Source: Octopus sinensis
Lineage: Eukaryota
Assembly (NCBI RefSeq): GCF_006345805.1
Contig: NC_043017.1
Span: 29,512,001 to 29,576,000 of the forward strand
Reading direction: 5' to 3'
DNA length: 64,000 nt
In this document: in pieces, positions 51,290 to 64,000 of the stretch
Layout of the letters: every line of letters begins with the position of its first letter
Numbering within the stretch: the stretch's first letter is position 1
Program-made: the position numbers and the translations under genes
The notes under the pieces: model-generated
The model's database searches: none
What the model was told of the DNA's origin: nothing
The model's input: the letters and a program-made list of their open reading frames with translations, nothing else

Positions 51290-51753
51290 TTATATATGCA
51301 TGTGTGTGTCTGTGCGTGTGTTTGCACGTGTGTGTAAGATTGTACGTGTAGTGTATGTATGTTTATCTGCAAGCACACACACATATGTATACCTTTGTAT
51401 TGGATGTGTATATTTATATGTGTGTACATATATATATATATATACACATATATACACACATATATATACACACACACATATGTATATATATACACACACA
51501 TAGATATATACATATATATACACACACACACATATATATATATACACACACACATAGATATATATATATACACACACATATAGATATATACATATATACA
51601 CACACACATATATATATATACACACACACACACACATATATACATATATACACACACACATAGATATATACATATATATACACACACATACATATATATA
51701 TATACACACACACACATATATATATACACACACACACAGATATATACATATAT

Positions 51754-51818
<65 letters not shown>

Positions 51819-51830
51819 GGGAGGTGTGTG
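51290..51830. repeat. (TA)/(CA) compound microsatellite
   Basis: Direct inspection. Confidence 0.95.
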
Positions 51831-53011
51831 TGTGTATGTATTACTATGTGTATACATGTATCCATGTACGTATATATGTATTTTTGTGTGTGTGTAGCTA
51901 CCTATATACATTATTTCCAGGAGTTAAACGTTATTCGTTGATGATGGTGTCGCTGATATTATTACAGTAGTTTCGTTTAATCTAATGGCAACCCTGTTGG
52001 CCTAAAGGTTCTAACTTATTGCCGTAATAATCACCACCAGCCATCGATTTTCAGCTCGGCAGAGCAGTTTATTGGCCAATAAGAATTATTAGTTTCAACC
52101 CTGCATCACATTGCAATATTTACTTGAACAATTATCGGCTTTTATTTTTAACCAAAGGCTATAAACATTCACTGACGTATTAATTTCATTTTCGTTTTTT
52201 TACATATATATTTATTCGTAGATTTTGCGTTTTTATTTTCAGTAGATTAAGTTTATATATACATATACATATATAGATGGTACAGGCGCATTTCATTGTC
52301 GTATTATTTGTGTAAGACTCACACCATCAATGCTTTTTATTTCTCTCCTTATATATGCCATTTCAATGTTGTTGTTATTTATCACCATTTTCAACTATCT
52401 TCTTTTTCATTCAACGAATCGCCAAATCTTCTTAGCAAGTTTAGGATTCTTTAAATAACTATTACATCACGGTTAATTTTACCCTGATGTATCTTTTCAA
52501 ATTCCAGATTAAGTCTTATTTAGACGAAACCGGCAATTGTGTAAAGAGTTGCTTTCAACGCATTATACCCGCCAACATCTTTCTTAACTTTCAGACAGCA
52601 TCAAAACGCTTATGTGAAAAACAGTCGTAAAAGCGTCTGACAAAATAAATTTTTGTCTTCAGTTAGAATACTATAACATAAAATTGTCATGTGATGTTGG
52701 CGAACAATAAATATCATAGACACCTCAAATGGAAGGCCTTATGATTATCTGATTTATGCTGCCAAAGAGACGACAGGAAAAGTTTTTAATATATGTTTTA
52801 CAAGATTCCTGGCTTATATCAGTATTTTATGAATTAACATTTTTTTACGAAGATATTTTCTGAAAGTGTACACTCATTCACACATATACATACGTACACA
52901 AATGCATGCACCCATACACATCTACGTACACATACGAAGGTACCCATTCATTGCACCATAATTACATTCAAGCATAGATATGTTTATATATATAGATACG
53001 TATATGTTTTA

Positions 53012-53080
53012 TACTATAGCCTCGGCTGACCGACGCTTTGTGAGTGGATTCGGTAGGTGGAAACTGAAAGAAGCCCGTCG

Positions 53081-53111
<31 letters not shown>

Positions 53112-53336
53112 TTGTGTGACTGACTGTGTTTGTCCCCCCCCCCAACATCTCTTGACAACCGATGCTGGTGTGTTTACGTCTCCGTAACTTAGTGGTTCCG
53201 CAAAGAGAACCGATAGAATAAGTACTAGGCTTACAAAGAATAAGTCCTAGGGTCGATTTGCTCGGACTAAAGGCGCTGCTCCAGCATGGCCACAGTCAAA
53301 TAACTGAAACAAGTAAAAGAGTAAAGAGTAAAAAGT
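53012..53336 (+). mobile_element. SINE family B, 5'-truncated
   Basis: Colinear with 50088-50496 from TACTATAGCCTCGG onward. Confidence 0.92.
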
Positions 53337-53860
53337 GTACATAAGGATGCATCGTTTCACGCATGCGCACAAAAATTCATCCATGCATCCCTGCGAACAC
53401 AGATGTTCACGTATGTATACACACAAACAGATATACAGACACTAACAGTGTCAAGAACATCGGATGCAGAATTTTAGGTCTTATAAAAATTGAAGAACAC
53501 ATCTCACCAGCTCTCTTCTGAAGTCATATGACTTCAGAGGTTCGAGTGTGAGGGCGGGAATCATAATTTTCAGCAAACATTGAAGACCCTGAGCCAAGAC
53601 CTCGCAATGCAGCAAAGATTTAGCTCAAAGTAAATGTAAGCAATGCATAAAGTATATAAATATACACACATAGATAAAACTCATATGCACATATATAGAT
53701 ATACACTCACACACGCACATACAAAAATATATAAATATACACCGATAAATACTCACGCATTTACACAAACACACAAGTATATAAATATGCACTGATAAAT
53801 ACTCACGCATTCACTCAAACACACATACACACGCACACACATATATATATATATATGTAC

Positions 53861-54159
53861 ATGTTTGTTCCTTCTCAAGCAATGCTTGGCTCATAGGACC
53901 GGTTTCCCAGTTTCCTTGGCGTATAGTTTCCCCACCTGCACGGGACGACGGTCCGCCGCAGGTGAGCTGCAAGATGCAGAAGGAAAGAGTGAGAGAAAGT
54001 CGTGACGTAAGGGTCAGCAGAATTTCGACATCACCTTCTACCGGAGTCGCGTGGAGCTTAGGTGTTTCGCTCATAAACATACACATCGCTCGGTCTGAGA
54101 TTCGAACCCGCGATCCCTCGACCGCGAGTCCGCTGCTCTAACCACTAGGTCATGTGCCT
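53861..54159 (-). mobile_element. SINE family F, full length
   Basis: Head with GGGTTCGAATCTC B box; homologous to 4781-5073. Confidence 0.9.
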
Positions 54160-54682
54160 ACACATATCTACGTACATAGATGCTTACAAATATAATAACA
54201 TACATGTTTACATATATATACATACGTTGAAATATAGATCAATTCATATATTATATTTCAGTAACGGAACAAGTTATTATTTATCAACAGAATCAATCGC
54301 TTAAATTTCCTGAACAAGAAATTTTCAATGGACAACCGCCATTTCCAACACAATTGTTCACCTCTAAATTCGGAGGGTATTCTTCTCAACAGAAGGAAGT
54401 TATGGCAACGTAGACTAAAACGCCCTAACGTTACATTGAAGATCCTAGCGCACATTTGAACTAATGACATGGACTCATCAACTATACCATAACGCCTCTA
54501 GCAAATGCAATTGCGTACGTAATATGAAAATAACCCCCTGTGGAACAGATATTCAGATATTTCAAGTAACTATCCTAATAGATAAGCTGGCGTTGCAAGT
54601 ATGCACATATAATATAGAGATAGAATGCCGGTAGTGATCGGAAATCAAGTTCAAGTATAGGGCAGCAATTTATCACACACAG

Positions 54683-54734
<52 letters not shown>

Positions 54735-55679
54735 GCATGTATGTTTGTAAGTATATATATATATACATGCATGTATGTTTGTAAGTATATATATATATAT
54801 ACATGCATGTATGTTTGTAAGTATATATATATACATGCATGTATGTTTGTAAGTATATATATATATATATATATATATGCATGTACTTATGTATTTATAT
54901 ATATATACATATACAGAAGTAGGTAAATACGTATATGTTAAGCATGTATGTATGTTTTCCAACAGCCAAATGAACTCTCAAACCCCCGATCGCCTGCAGG
55001 GTAAATGAAGAAATTAGATACTGATTCAAATAGCTAATATTCCCGAGGATCTAAGCTGTATAGAAATTCAGAAATATTTACTTGTAAAAGTATATATTCA
55101 TACATAAATAAGGGAGCCTCCTTTGATCATCAGACCGGCTAGAAATAGCAGCGAAATCTTACTGTTCTCACATCCTGCCGAATTTGATAGGAAGACACAT
55201 TGCGTAACGAGTTCTTAGATATATCACCGAAGATAAAAATTTAGTCGCGGATGACTAAATGCCTTCCATCATAGGTCATCTTTGTAACCACTGATGTTGG
55301 GCGAAACAGCAACAACATAACAAGAACATACAAACACATACATATTCGCATAGACATAAATTCACGCATACTCTCACAGACACACATACACTCGAACACA
55401 AACACACACGTATACACATACATAAAGACACGTTCACGCAGGTCCATGCACATTAATGATACGAATTTATGTTATGTTATACAAACGAATTAATATAGTA
55501 TGATGGAAGTTGTTTTACATTGCGATCAAGCGTTCAGAGATAAATAAGAGCGAGATATCTGTCTATGCTTTAGTTATTTTGGAAAAAGTAGATAGAAAGG
55601 TCAAGGGGGTATCAGGAGTACCAAAAATTGTAAAAAGCTGCTCTCGTGATAAATGTATAATCATTAATATTATCATAGA

Positions 55680-55836
55680 CGTGGGCGTGGCTCTGCGGTA
55701 AGGTGCTTCCTTCCCAACCGCAACGTTCCGGTTTAGTCACACCGCATGGCCCCTGGAGCAAGTGTCTTCTAATGTTGCCCTGGGTCGATCAAAGCTTAGT
55801 GAGTGGGTTTGGCTGACGGAAATTGAAAGAAGCCTT
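55680..55836 (+). mobile_element. Old family B-like SINE 5' half
   Basis: GGCGTGGCTCTGCGGTAAG ... GAGCAAGTGTCTTCT ... GACGGAAATTGAAAGAAGCC. Confidence 0.75.
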
Positions 55837-55902
55837 TTGTGTGTGTGCGGGTGTGTGTGCATACACACACATATAAGAGCTATATATGTATGTATATATA
55901 TC

Positions 55903-55976
55903 ATAATTAAATGATCCTCCTTCATTTTCTTTTACCCAAAGCCAAGAACAGTTCTTGTGTGTGTGTGTGTGTATAC

Positions 55977-56007
<31 letters not shown>

Positions 56008-56062
56008 AAAGAGCTGTTCTTGGCTTTGGTTATAAGAAAATGAAGGAGAATCATTTAATTAT
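55903..56062. repeat. About 160-bp palindrome centred on a (GT)n(AT)n(AC)n microsatellite
   Basis: 55903-55956 is close to the reverse complement of 56007-56062, with few mismatches. Confidence 0.92.
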
Positions 56063-56206
56063 CATTTTATTCAACATGTTCCCCTCTTAGATTCACACAC
56101 TAATTACAGCGGTCTTTCGGTTTTTCGAAACCCTGTGAAAGAACTCAGAAGGTTGGGTCTCCAAGCAGGTTTTTCGCGATACCCTTAAACTTGCAGCACC
56201 CCGTCG
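56007..56206 (-). mobile_element. Mariner remnant: TIR-like end joined to transposase C-terminus
   Basis: Minus strand TA-CGACGGGGTGCTGCAAGTT followed by NLLGDPTF*VLSQGFEKPKDRCN*CVNLRGEHVE*, resembling the mariner consensus ...F...G...L..RW.KC..L.GDYVE. Confidence 0.7.
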
Positions 56207-56699
56207 TATATATATATATATTATATATATATATATCCGCATACCTACAGCCACACACACGTATGCGTGTGTCTTTGCCTTTCTGTATTTCACCACCGCT
56301 TTCCAATCTGTAATCATTCTGTTTACGTTCATGTAACTTAATGGGGCGATTATTTTCGACTACATAATTCAAAGCAGTACCTCGGCTTGCCCATAGTGCA
56401 TTGACTGAAGCAAAGAAACGATAAAAAAAAAGGATGTTTTCAGTGGCTCAGATCGAAATCCTCTTAGAATAATCTCGAATTTTAAAAGTACTTTTACAAA
56501 CATTATGATATCTTATTATTTTTTTGTTTAAGCTTTAATATATTTATTATTATTTTTTTTTTTTCTGTGAGGTGTTGATTTTCATAATTTTAGCAACTAT
56601 CGTTTATTGAATATGTATCGTTCAAGACATAGCATAGTTTTTAGAGCATCGGATAACATGTTTACGTGATATCTGTTCCGGCTTTCCACTTTCTGATTT

Positions 56700-56900
56700 G
56701 AAATGCTTTCGACGTCAACTTTGGCTTTCATCATTTCGGGGTGTCGAATAGTAAAGCACCTGCTGCTGGTGATTCTATTGATGGTGGTTTGTAAGACCCC
56801 GCGCACTCTCCCCCCCATTACTGTCTGTCTGTTTGTATCATTTTCTGTCTGTCTCTCTCTCTTTCCCTCAGGATATCGGCAACGTTGTTGTGTGATAAGT
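56700..56900 (+). mobile_element. Old family A-like SINE body
   Basis: GTCAACTTTGGCTTTCATCATTTCGGGG. Confidence 0.6.
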
Positions 56901-57879
56901 GTCGTAGAGAATCAGTGAAAGCCTCTTATCCTTCATAAATAGAGAAATATTGAACGAAGTGTTTACGATCACATAGAAGAAAAAAAGGAGACGTTGTTTA
57001 CCCTAAAAAAGAAAACACGTAAAAGCGCGAGGACTAGTGTTTGGCATATGATCGTTAAGATCAAGGGTTCGAATTTTAGAACGTTTTAATCCAGCCGTCC
57101 TAATTCAGCTGTGTTGCAACCAACAGCCCCTTGCTGTCAGAAATCTAACCACCCAGGTCTTACATGCTCTACGAATAGCTGGGTAGGTTATGGAGAAGCT
57201 AGTAAGGATTCCTCTTGCGATTATAAAGATACTTGAAATAATTTCAGAGAGCATGCTAGATGTTGCTGTCTCATGTCTAAGTGAGAACAGAAGCTGTTTT
57301 AAAACTGTCCTCGGATGGTTTTACTACTATTAAAGGAAAGAAGAGAATATATGAGATATACAGCGCAGAATAGTAATACTATACCGCAACATGATTTATA
57401 ATCTTTATATCAAATATATGGTTCATCTTCAGGCCAATAATAAAGCTGTAATAATAATTATTTTGGTGAATTTTATTATAATAGTTATTAATTTTGATGA
57501 GCATTTGAGAGGAATAATTATTAGTATTGAGAGAATTAAATATTTTTTCCATTGTTATCTCAATTAATATTAATATCAGTCATGTTGTTTGAGCAGCAGG
57601 AGGTGTCTTAACTGATACTTGCCTTGGTATTGGTGCCAGTCTTGAGTCTGGAACAGCATTATCATTGTGAACACAAGAATTATTTTTGCTTTTGGCACAA
57701 GACTGGAGTGAGCAACTGAAAGTCATCGACACAGTGTTCTGCTTACGCTTGTTTATTCGACGCCGAAATTATTAAAGGTAATATTATTGAACATTTGTGG
57801 TGCATTTTAGGAAAGCACTTTCGGAGTCTATATCTTCCACTATTTTAAGGCCATTCCACTATTTTGTCCAACCCTTTCT

Positions 57880-57926
<47 letters not shown>

Positions 57927-57946
57927 GATAGATATATACGTGTTTA

Positions 57947-57988
<42 letters not shown>

Positions 57989-57990
57989 AT

Positions 57991-58085
57991 ATCACGTGAC
58001 CGACCAGACCATCAGATGTTGTTACACATCGCTGGTCACAATGCGTTCGCATTGTTTTAGCCTTCGAATGACGCCACCCCGCTGG

Positions 58086-58087
<2 letters not shown>
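57991..58087 (-). mobile_element. SINE family H tail fragment
   Basis: Near-identical to 39929-40025. Confidence 0.88.
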
Positions 58088-58130
<43 letters not shown>

Positions 58131-58140
58131 ATGAGTTTAG

Positions 58141-58300
58141 GACCTTTACCCCCCATGGACAATTACGCCTGAGGACAACATGATGATTAAAACTGGAGAG
58201 GGTTTAATTAACCAAGCGGGGTAATTGTCCCAAAGGGTAGTGGCCGTCAGGGGCAATTATGCTATAAGGGTGGGGTAGTGTCCTAGGGGCAATAATTTCC
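58141..58300. repeat. GGACAATT/GGGGCAATT short-repeat element
   Basis: GGACAATTACGCC (58156) is inverted relative to GGGGTAATTGTCC (58218); further GGGGCAAT copies follow. Confidence 0.5.
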
Positions 58301-58313
58301 TCATACGATATAC

Positions 58314-58355
<42 letters not shown>

Positions 58356-59134
58356 TATACATACACCCATATATATAAGTATATATACATATGTATATTA
58401 TCATATTATATCATAAGTGTGATGTGTGTGTGTGTGTGTGTGTTTGTGTGTATGTATATCCCTCATTTCCAATTCACACACTTCAGATTAAGTGAAAACA
58501 GACTGTTTCCATATCCGTGAATGTATCGAAAACAGCATTAGTGAATTAATATGAATTATAGATTCCATTTAGATTAGGTTGTAAATAGCTGTTCGGGTCA
58601 GTGAACAAACTCCTTTGCATGCGTTGTGTTTCAAATCTTAAAAGCCAGATATGCGACGGTTCATCACTAACGTAGCAATTCTTCCCTATCAAATACTATG
58701 CGGACGTGTAAATATGGAAGTTTGTTTATGTTTGTGCGGCAGTATTAATTATCTGGAAACATTTTCTTACTTTTAACATCGTATAAATGAAAGGAATGAG
58801 ATACAATAAGGCATAACTATGGTAATGGCAAAGAAGCGTCACTAACGATTTCTCTATATTTTGTTTATTTCTTTTTCTTTCTTTCTTTTTTTTCTTTTCA
58901 TTCATGTTTTTCTTTTCTTCTGCCGATACGAAGATAAATTAAGGCCAGCTCAAGAATTTAATATGATAGTGTTTCGATTATATGTTTACACACACATACA
59001 TATAACGATTTGCATATGTATAGAAAATAGGTATGATTATATATACATGCATACATACACACACACATGCAATCACACGCATATATATATTTATTTATAT
59101 ATATGTATGTATATATATATATATTATATATATG

Positions 59135-59170
<36 letters not shown>

Positions 59171-60178
59171 CTTATATGTATATATATATGTATATAAATG
59201 TATATATATGTATATATATATATGTATATGTATATATATGTATATGTATATATATATTATATATATGTATATATATATATATACATGCATATACACATGT
59301 ATATATTTATATACGTAAATATATAAAGATGTAAGCACATATATATACGTGTGTATGAATATGTGTATATGTGCATATAACGTTCTCTTTAATGTCTTTT
59401 AGAGTCCCCCATGCTGGAGCAATGTGATTTCTAGTTATAGCTATCGATCCATTATTTCCTTAACTGCTATGCGCCTCCCAAACTGCCGATTATGCCGCAA
59501 CACCATTTTTATTCGTTAAGCCACCGATCTCTCAGCAATATATACCGTATACACGCACAAAAAAAATACTGATCATCAAAAAAAAATTGTCTTTTAAAAT
59601 TTTCTTTCCTACTTAATTTCCCATACTCTATTATCAGATTAACCTCATGCGACCGTTAGCCTCGGTAGTAAACTCCAGAATACTCGCAGCTTAAGAGGAT
59701 TTTTCTTCACAATAACTTGTTTTAAATATAATTTATGCATCCTTGTATTTGTTTTTGCGTTAGCTCTATATTTTGTATTATTTATTTGCACTATCTACTT
59801 GTTATATCTGTTGTTTTGTCCATAATATACTGTAATCTTCCATTTTCGCATGTCGTAGTCTAATCTAGTGTCAGTATCTTTAATATTTCACGGGCTACCG
59901 ATATGGCCTATGTATTCTCCATATTTTATTTTATGACGAGGGCTGTATAATGACAATATTGTTGAATGGCAAACCAAAATCTCCTTATCATTCATCAACG
60001 CTGTTAAGCCAAAAAAACACGCATTCTTCAGCATCTTTATTGAACATTCCATGGTGGACAAAAATGCATTGTTATTGCTCTGGGAAGAGGGCAATCATCA
60101 GGAGGACTGTAGTTTATAGAACTGTGCTGGGGTGAGACACAGTGTCATAAGTAAGAGTCATATGTAAACAGTAAAGTC

Positions 60179-60488
60179 CCACTTCGGTCATGAATGACCT
60201 TGGGATTGCATCAAGAAAATTATCCTCCAAGGCACAAGACCTGCAGTTGCCCATACATATCAGTCCCCTCCCCGCTCCACGCCACTGATGTTTTCCAAAA
60301 GAAAGGCAAAGGCCGATACAGCTTGGCATCAGTGACGTCGTAACTCATTACTACAGCTGAGTGAAGTGGAGCAACGTGAAATAAAGTATCTTGCTCAAGA
60401 ACACAACATGCAGCCCAGTCCAAGAATCGTAGTCACTACCTCATGAGTAAGACCCCGACGCTCTAACAACTGGGCCATGTGCCTTCAC
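60179..60488 (-). mobile_element. SINE family G
   Basis: Homologous to 38671-38973. Confidence 0.88.
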
Positions 60489-60913
60489 TCGTATTTATGT
60501 ACTGAGTGTTAGTTTACTTCACCAGCATCCAAATATACGATGATCAAGGCATATTCGCAGCATAACCCTATAAGCCGAAAGAAGATCTGAGGAACTCATT
60601 TGAGGCACGGTGATTAGAAAAAATGTTAAGCAAGTAGGATTAAATAATGTCGAAGTATTGTAGGATTTTGTATGTAAGCTCTTGTCCTATTTGCATTTGT
60701 TTTTAGAGGCTTGCCCTAGAATATTTTCCTTCCACGATACTTCAAATTCATTTGATGCGATTATGAAGAGTAGACAACAAAGTGAAATACAGGCCAGTTT
60801 GAGGGCAACGGCAAAAGTGCGGAAATAAACAATAAAATCAGAAGGAAATACGCACGTACATCTATCTTCCTCTCACTTTATTTATTTATCCCGCGCTCTC
60901 GTCTATGTATATA

Positions 60914-60987
<74 letters not shown>

Positions 60988-62199
60988 ATACATTGATAGA
61001 TAAATAAATAGATAGATAGACATCGGCATGAAGTTCCTTTAGTTATTCACAGATTTGGCCTCAGTAGAAAGTTTCCCGTTTTACCCCCGTACAAAGCGCC
61101 GTTGGGCGAAGATCATAAAATTTCAAAATTGGTTAGCCTGTCGAATTCGATCCACGTTATAATAATAAGGTTATCCAGATTCGTATTCCAATTACGTTCC
61201 CTGACTTGCAAATGTCATATCTTCTTCGAAACATATATATATATATATCCTCCAGTGTAATTTCAGATTTATACAAATAATTTACTGCTGTACATAGTTA
61301 TATTAGTAAATGTGATAATTTTCTAGAACTATGGTTTTCAGATACAGAAATATAGACAAGCACACACCAACACATAAGAACATGTGTGTGAGTGTGTAAA
61401 AATATTGACAGCTTAGATTATCCCGACAATGGCCATGTTTCCAAAGTGTTTCGAATCCATAATAAACGAACAAGTGAGCTATCTCCTTAAAGATTCAATC
61501 AAAATTTCTATAGAGTCAATTGAAATTAAAGTGATACTGAATTTTAAAGTCAACAGCTGAAAGCAATACTAACATCTCTAAATTATTGCACATCCTCAAC
61601 AAAACGTAATTTCTGTAGGCTAGTGTGTGTTTTACAGGTCTGTATGTTACGTATATCACGCAGTAACTCGTTTGTGTCTAGTGTGCAGAAGAAGTCCCTG
61701 AGATATTTTCTTTCAGCCATATTGTTAATATCCACAAGAATACGTGGTCTTGTGCTTAAGTAAGAAGTAATCGATATTTATTATGAATTATATGGCAGAG
61801 AACATTCCTTCCGTCAATAGATTTCCATAGATACCTTATATGTTGGATCTGGGTGCTATAGCTTTTGAGCTTATCGATCATATATTATAGTTTGAGCGAA
61901 AAAGCGAGAGCAAGAGGGAAAGGCACAGGTTGAGAAAGGGGCGAAGAGAGAAAGCGATACGATGAAGAGAACGCTCTTCGCTTTTATGTGATATTTATCA
62001 CATAGTTGTGTTATATATAGTTATTCTGTAAATAGTTGTAATATAGTCAATTCATGACTTGCTATCTTTGAGAAATCAACATGATATATATGAGCTGTGT
62101 CACTCAATGTTATGTTTGAAAGTGGATGACATATTTGACCTTACCACATCTTATAGAATATGTTGATATGATTTTTCGCTTTTGATGCTTTGGAATTCA

Positions 62200-62790
62200 G
62201 AGTCGACTGAGCAATATCTTGATTTATCTTCCTCTCTATTTCTCACTTAAGATCTCTCTATCTGCATTTCCATCTATCAGTCTATCTTTCTGCCTAGCTT
62301 TATCTTTGTTTCTCTCTTAAGATCTATCTATCTATCTATCTATCTATCAGTCTATCTATCTATCTATCTTTCTGTCTATCTTTGCCTTTGCTTCTCTCTT
62401 AAGATCTATCTATCTATCTATCTTTCTGTCTATCTTTGTCTTTGCTTCTCTCTTAAGATCTATCTATCTGTTTATCTATCTCTCTATCTATATCTTTGTT
62501 TTTGCTTCTCACAAGATCTATCTATCAGTCTATCTTTCTGTTAATCTTTTTATTAGCTTCTCTCTTAAGATCTATCCATCTATCTACCTATCTGTCTCGC
62601 TTATAACTCTCTCTACCTATGAATGTATACATGTATCTATCTATCTAACTACTAATCTATCTATTTATCTATCTCCTTAAGGTCGATCTATCAATCTATC
62701 TCCTTAAGATCGATCTATCTATCTATCTATCTCCTAATCTATTTGTCTATCTATCTCTCTAACATCTATCATTTTCTCTATGTACGTATA
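62200..62790. repeat. (CTAT)n array punctuated by repeated CTCTCTTAAGATCTATC motif
   Basis: About eight copies of a TTAAG(A/G)TC-like motif within CTAT repeats. Confidence 0.9.
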
Positions 62791-63658
62791 TCGATCGATC
62801 TACTCACAAACACATGGAACTCTCATATTTTCCACTTCTTTCAGGTTTTCTCTTTCATTTTATAAATTAAAAATGGGGCGTTTATGCTTACGCATTCCAA
62901 GCGAAACTTAATGTGTTCAGTCAAGTATACCGTAATTGTTGATGGTAATGACGGCTTGATTTCACAACGATAATTATAAGAGATAGTTTTTTTTTCTCTA
63001 CATTCTGTAATATCATGTGTTTTAATCAGCTACTTTATTTTTTTCCTATCTGATATTATATTAGCTTCAGAATATCCGGCTGACGTCAGCATGTTAATCG
63101 ATATTAAAATGTTAATCCGGTCAAACCATTTGAAATAAAGTATTGTTTAACCATCTTGAAAATGAATCCAGGAGAGAAATTAACCAAACATTTTCTCTTT
63201 GGGAAATAATTCCATTTTTTTTTCTTTTTTCAAGATTTTCATTAAGATTTAGATACCTTTAATTGTTTTTTCTCAGTCATTAATACACATGTACGTATAT
63301 ACATTAATATATACAAACATACATCCATCCGCCTATCTTTCCAAAGATTCGCCCATCCACCCAGCTTCACACTACGCGCACACGCACAATCACCTGTATA
63401 TAACCGTTGGTTTTAAAGTAAGCGGGGAAGAAGCAATCAATACCAAATGAGAGTCAAAAATTTTCACATCATCCAGTCGCCAGTTACTTTAGTTTCCTTG
63501 AATCATCCCATCATTTTTTCTTAGGACACAGTTACCTGGATCCAGTTCCTAATGTTCGTGGGAGTCAATTGCTCATTGAATATATTCTAGAAGCATCACC
63601 AAATATCAAGCATGCAAGCATCCATATATGCATCCATCCAACCATCTACCCTTCCATC

Positions 63659-64000
63659 TGGTGATTTGACAATCGTTTGTGTGTCGGACAAAATGTATAG
63701 CGGCTTTTCGTTCGACTTTACGTTCCAAGTTAAACTGCTGCCGAGGTTGACTTGGCTTTCATCATTTAGAGGTCAATAAAATAAGTACCAGTTATATACT
63801 GGGCTTGTTGTAAGCGACTTCACATCACGAATTTTCCGACCTTGTGCCTTGTGACATATGTAATCCTTCTCCTACAGACACAAGGCCTGAGACATTTATG
63901 ATGCGTGGATCTATTCTACGACATCAACTACAGTTCTCAGCTGGTATTCATGTTATCGACCCCAAGATGATAAAAAGGAAAGTCCATCAGGGCGGCATTT
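63659..64000. mobile_element. Two old A-like SINEs, tail to tail (+ strand 63659-63860; - strand 63871-64000)
   Basis: GAGGTTGACTTGGCTTTCATCATTT ... AATAAGTACCAGT; GACACAAGGCCTG ... TTATCGACCC. Confidence 0.7.

Noticed and set aside
3177-59338. Dozens of long ORFs rich in YI, HT, CV and LS dipeptides, including the 242-aa ORF at 16637-17365 and the 258-aa ORF at 41425-42201
   Set aside because: They are translations of (TA)n, (CA)n and (GA)n microsatellites, which lack stop codons in some frames.
59880-60110. Possible very old mariner C-terminus on the minus strand (WLNSVDE ... KYGEYI)
   Set aside because: Similarity too weak and split across frames; no TIRs.

Overview
Eukaryotic, AT-rich, essentially non-coding DNA, either intergenic or inside a very large intron. 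It is dense in compound (TA)/(CA)/(TAA) microsatellites and interspersed repeats. The repeat families look like those of an octopus (coleoid cephalopod) genome; that assignment is from memory and was not searched. No host protein-coding gene, tRNA, rRNA or CRISPR array can be supported, and almost all ORFs in the track are microsatellite or SINE artefacts. What can be supported: (1) about 30 copies or fragments of modular tRNA-headed SINEs, given working labels A, B, C, D, F, G and H, including a four-unit tandem array and a dimer with one TSD pair; (2) five decayed Tc1/mariner elements, two with clear TIRs and TA TSDs and one of DD37D/maT type; (3) retroelement remnants: a clean 5'-truncated RTE/BovB-like 3' end with a 12-bp TSD, an R4/Dong-like RLE C-terminus in TAA repeats, a Penelope RT fragment and a CR1/L2-group 3' end; (4) a Helitron-like 3' terminus; (5) Penelope-type terminal repeats with minimal hammerhead-ribozyme-like motifs; (6) several long palindromes and foldbacks, notably a spacerless 152-bp palindrome with nested hairpins at 1671-1822. 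A few weak candidate exons are flagged. I found no evidence for a new multi-gene system; the most interesting signals are structural and retroelement biology.
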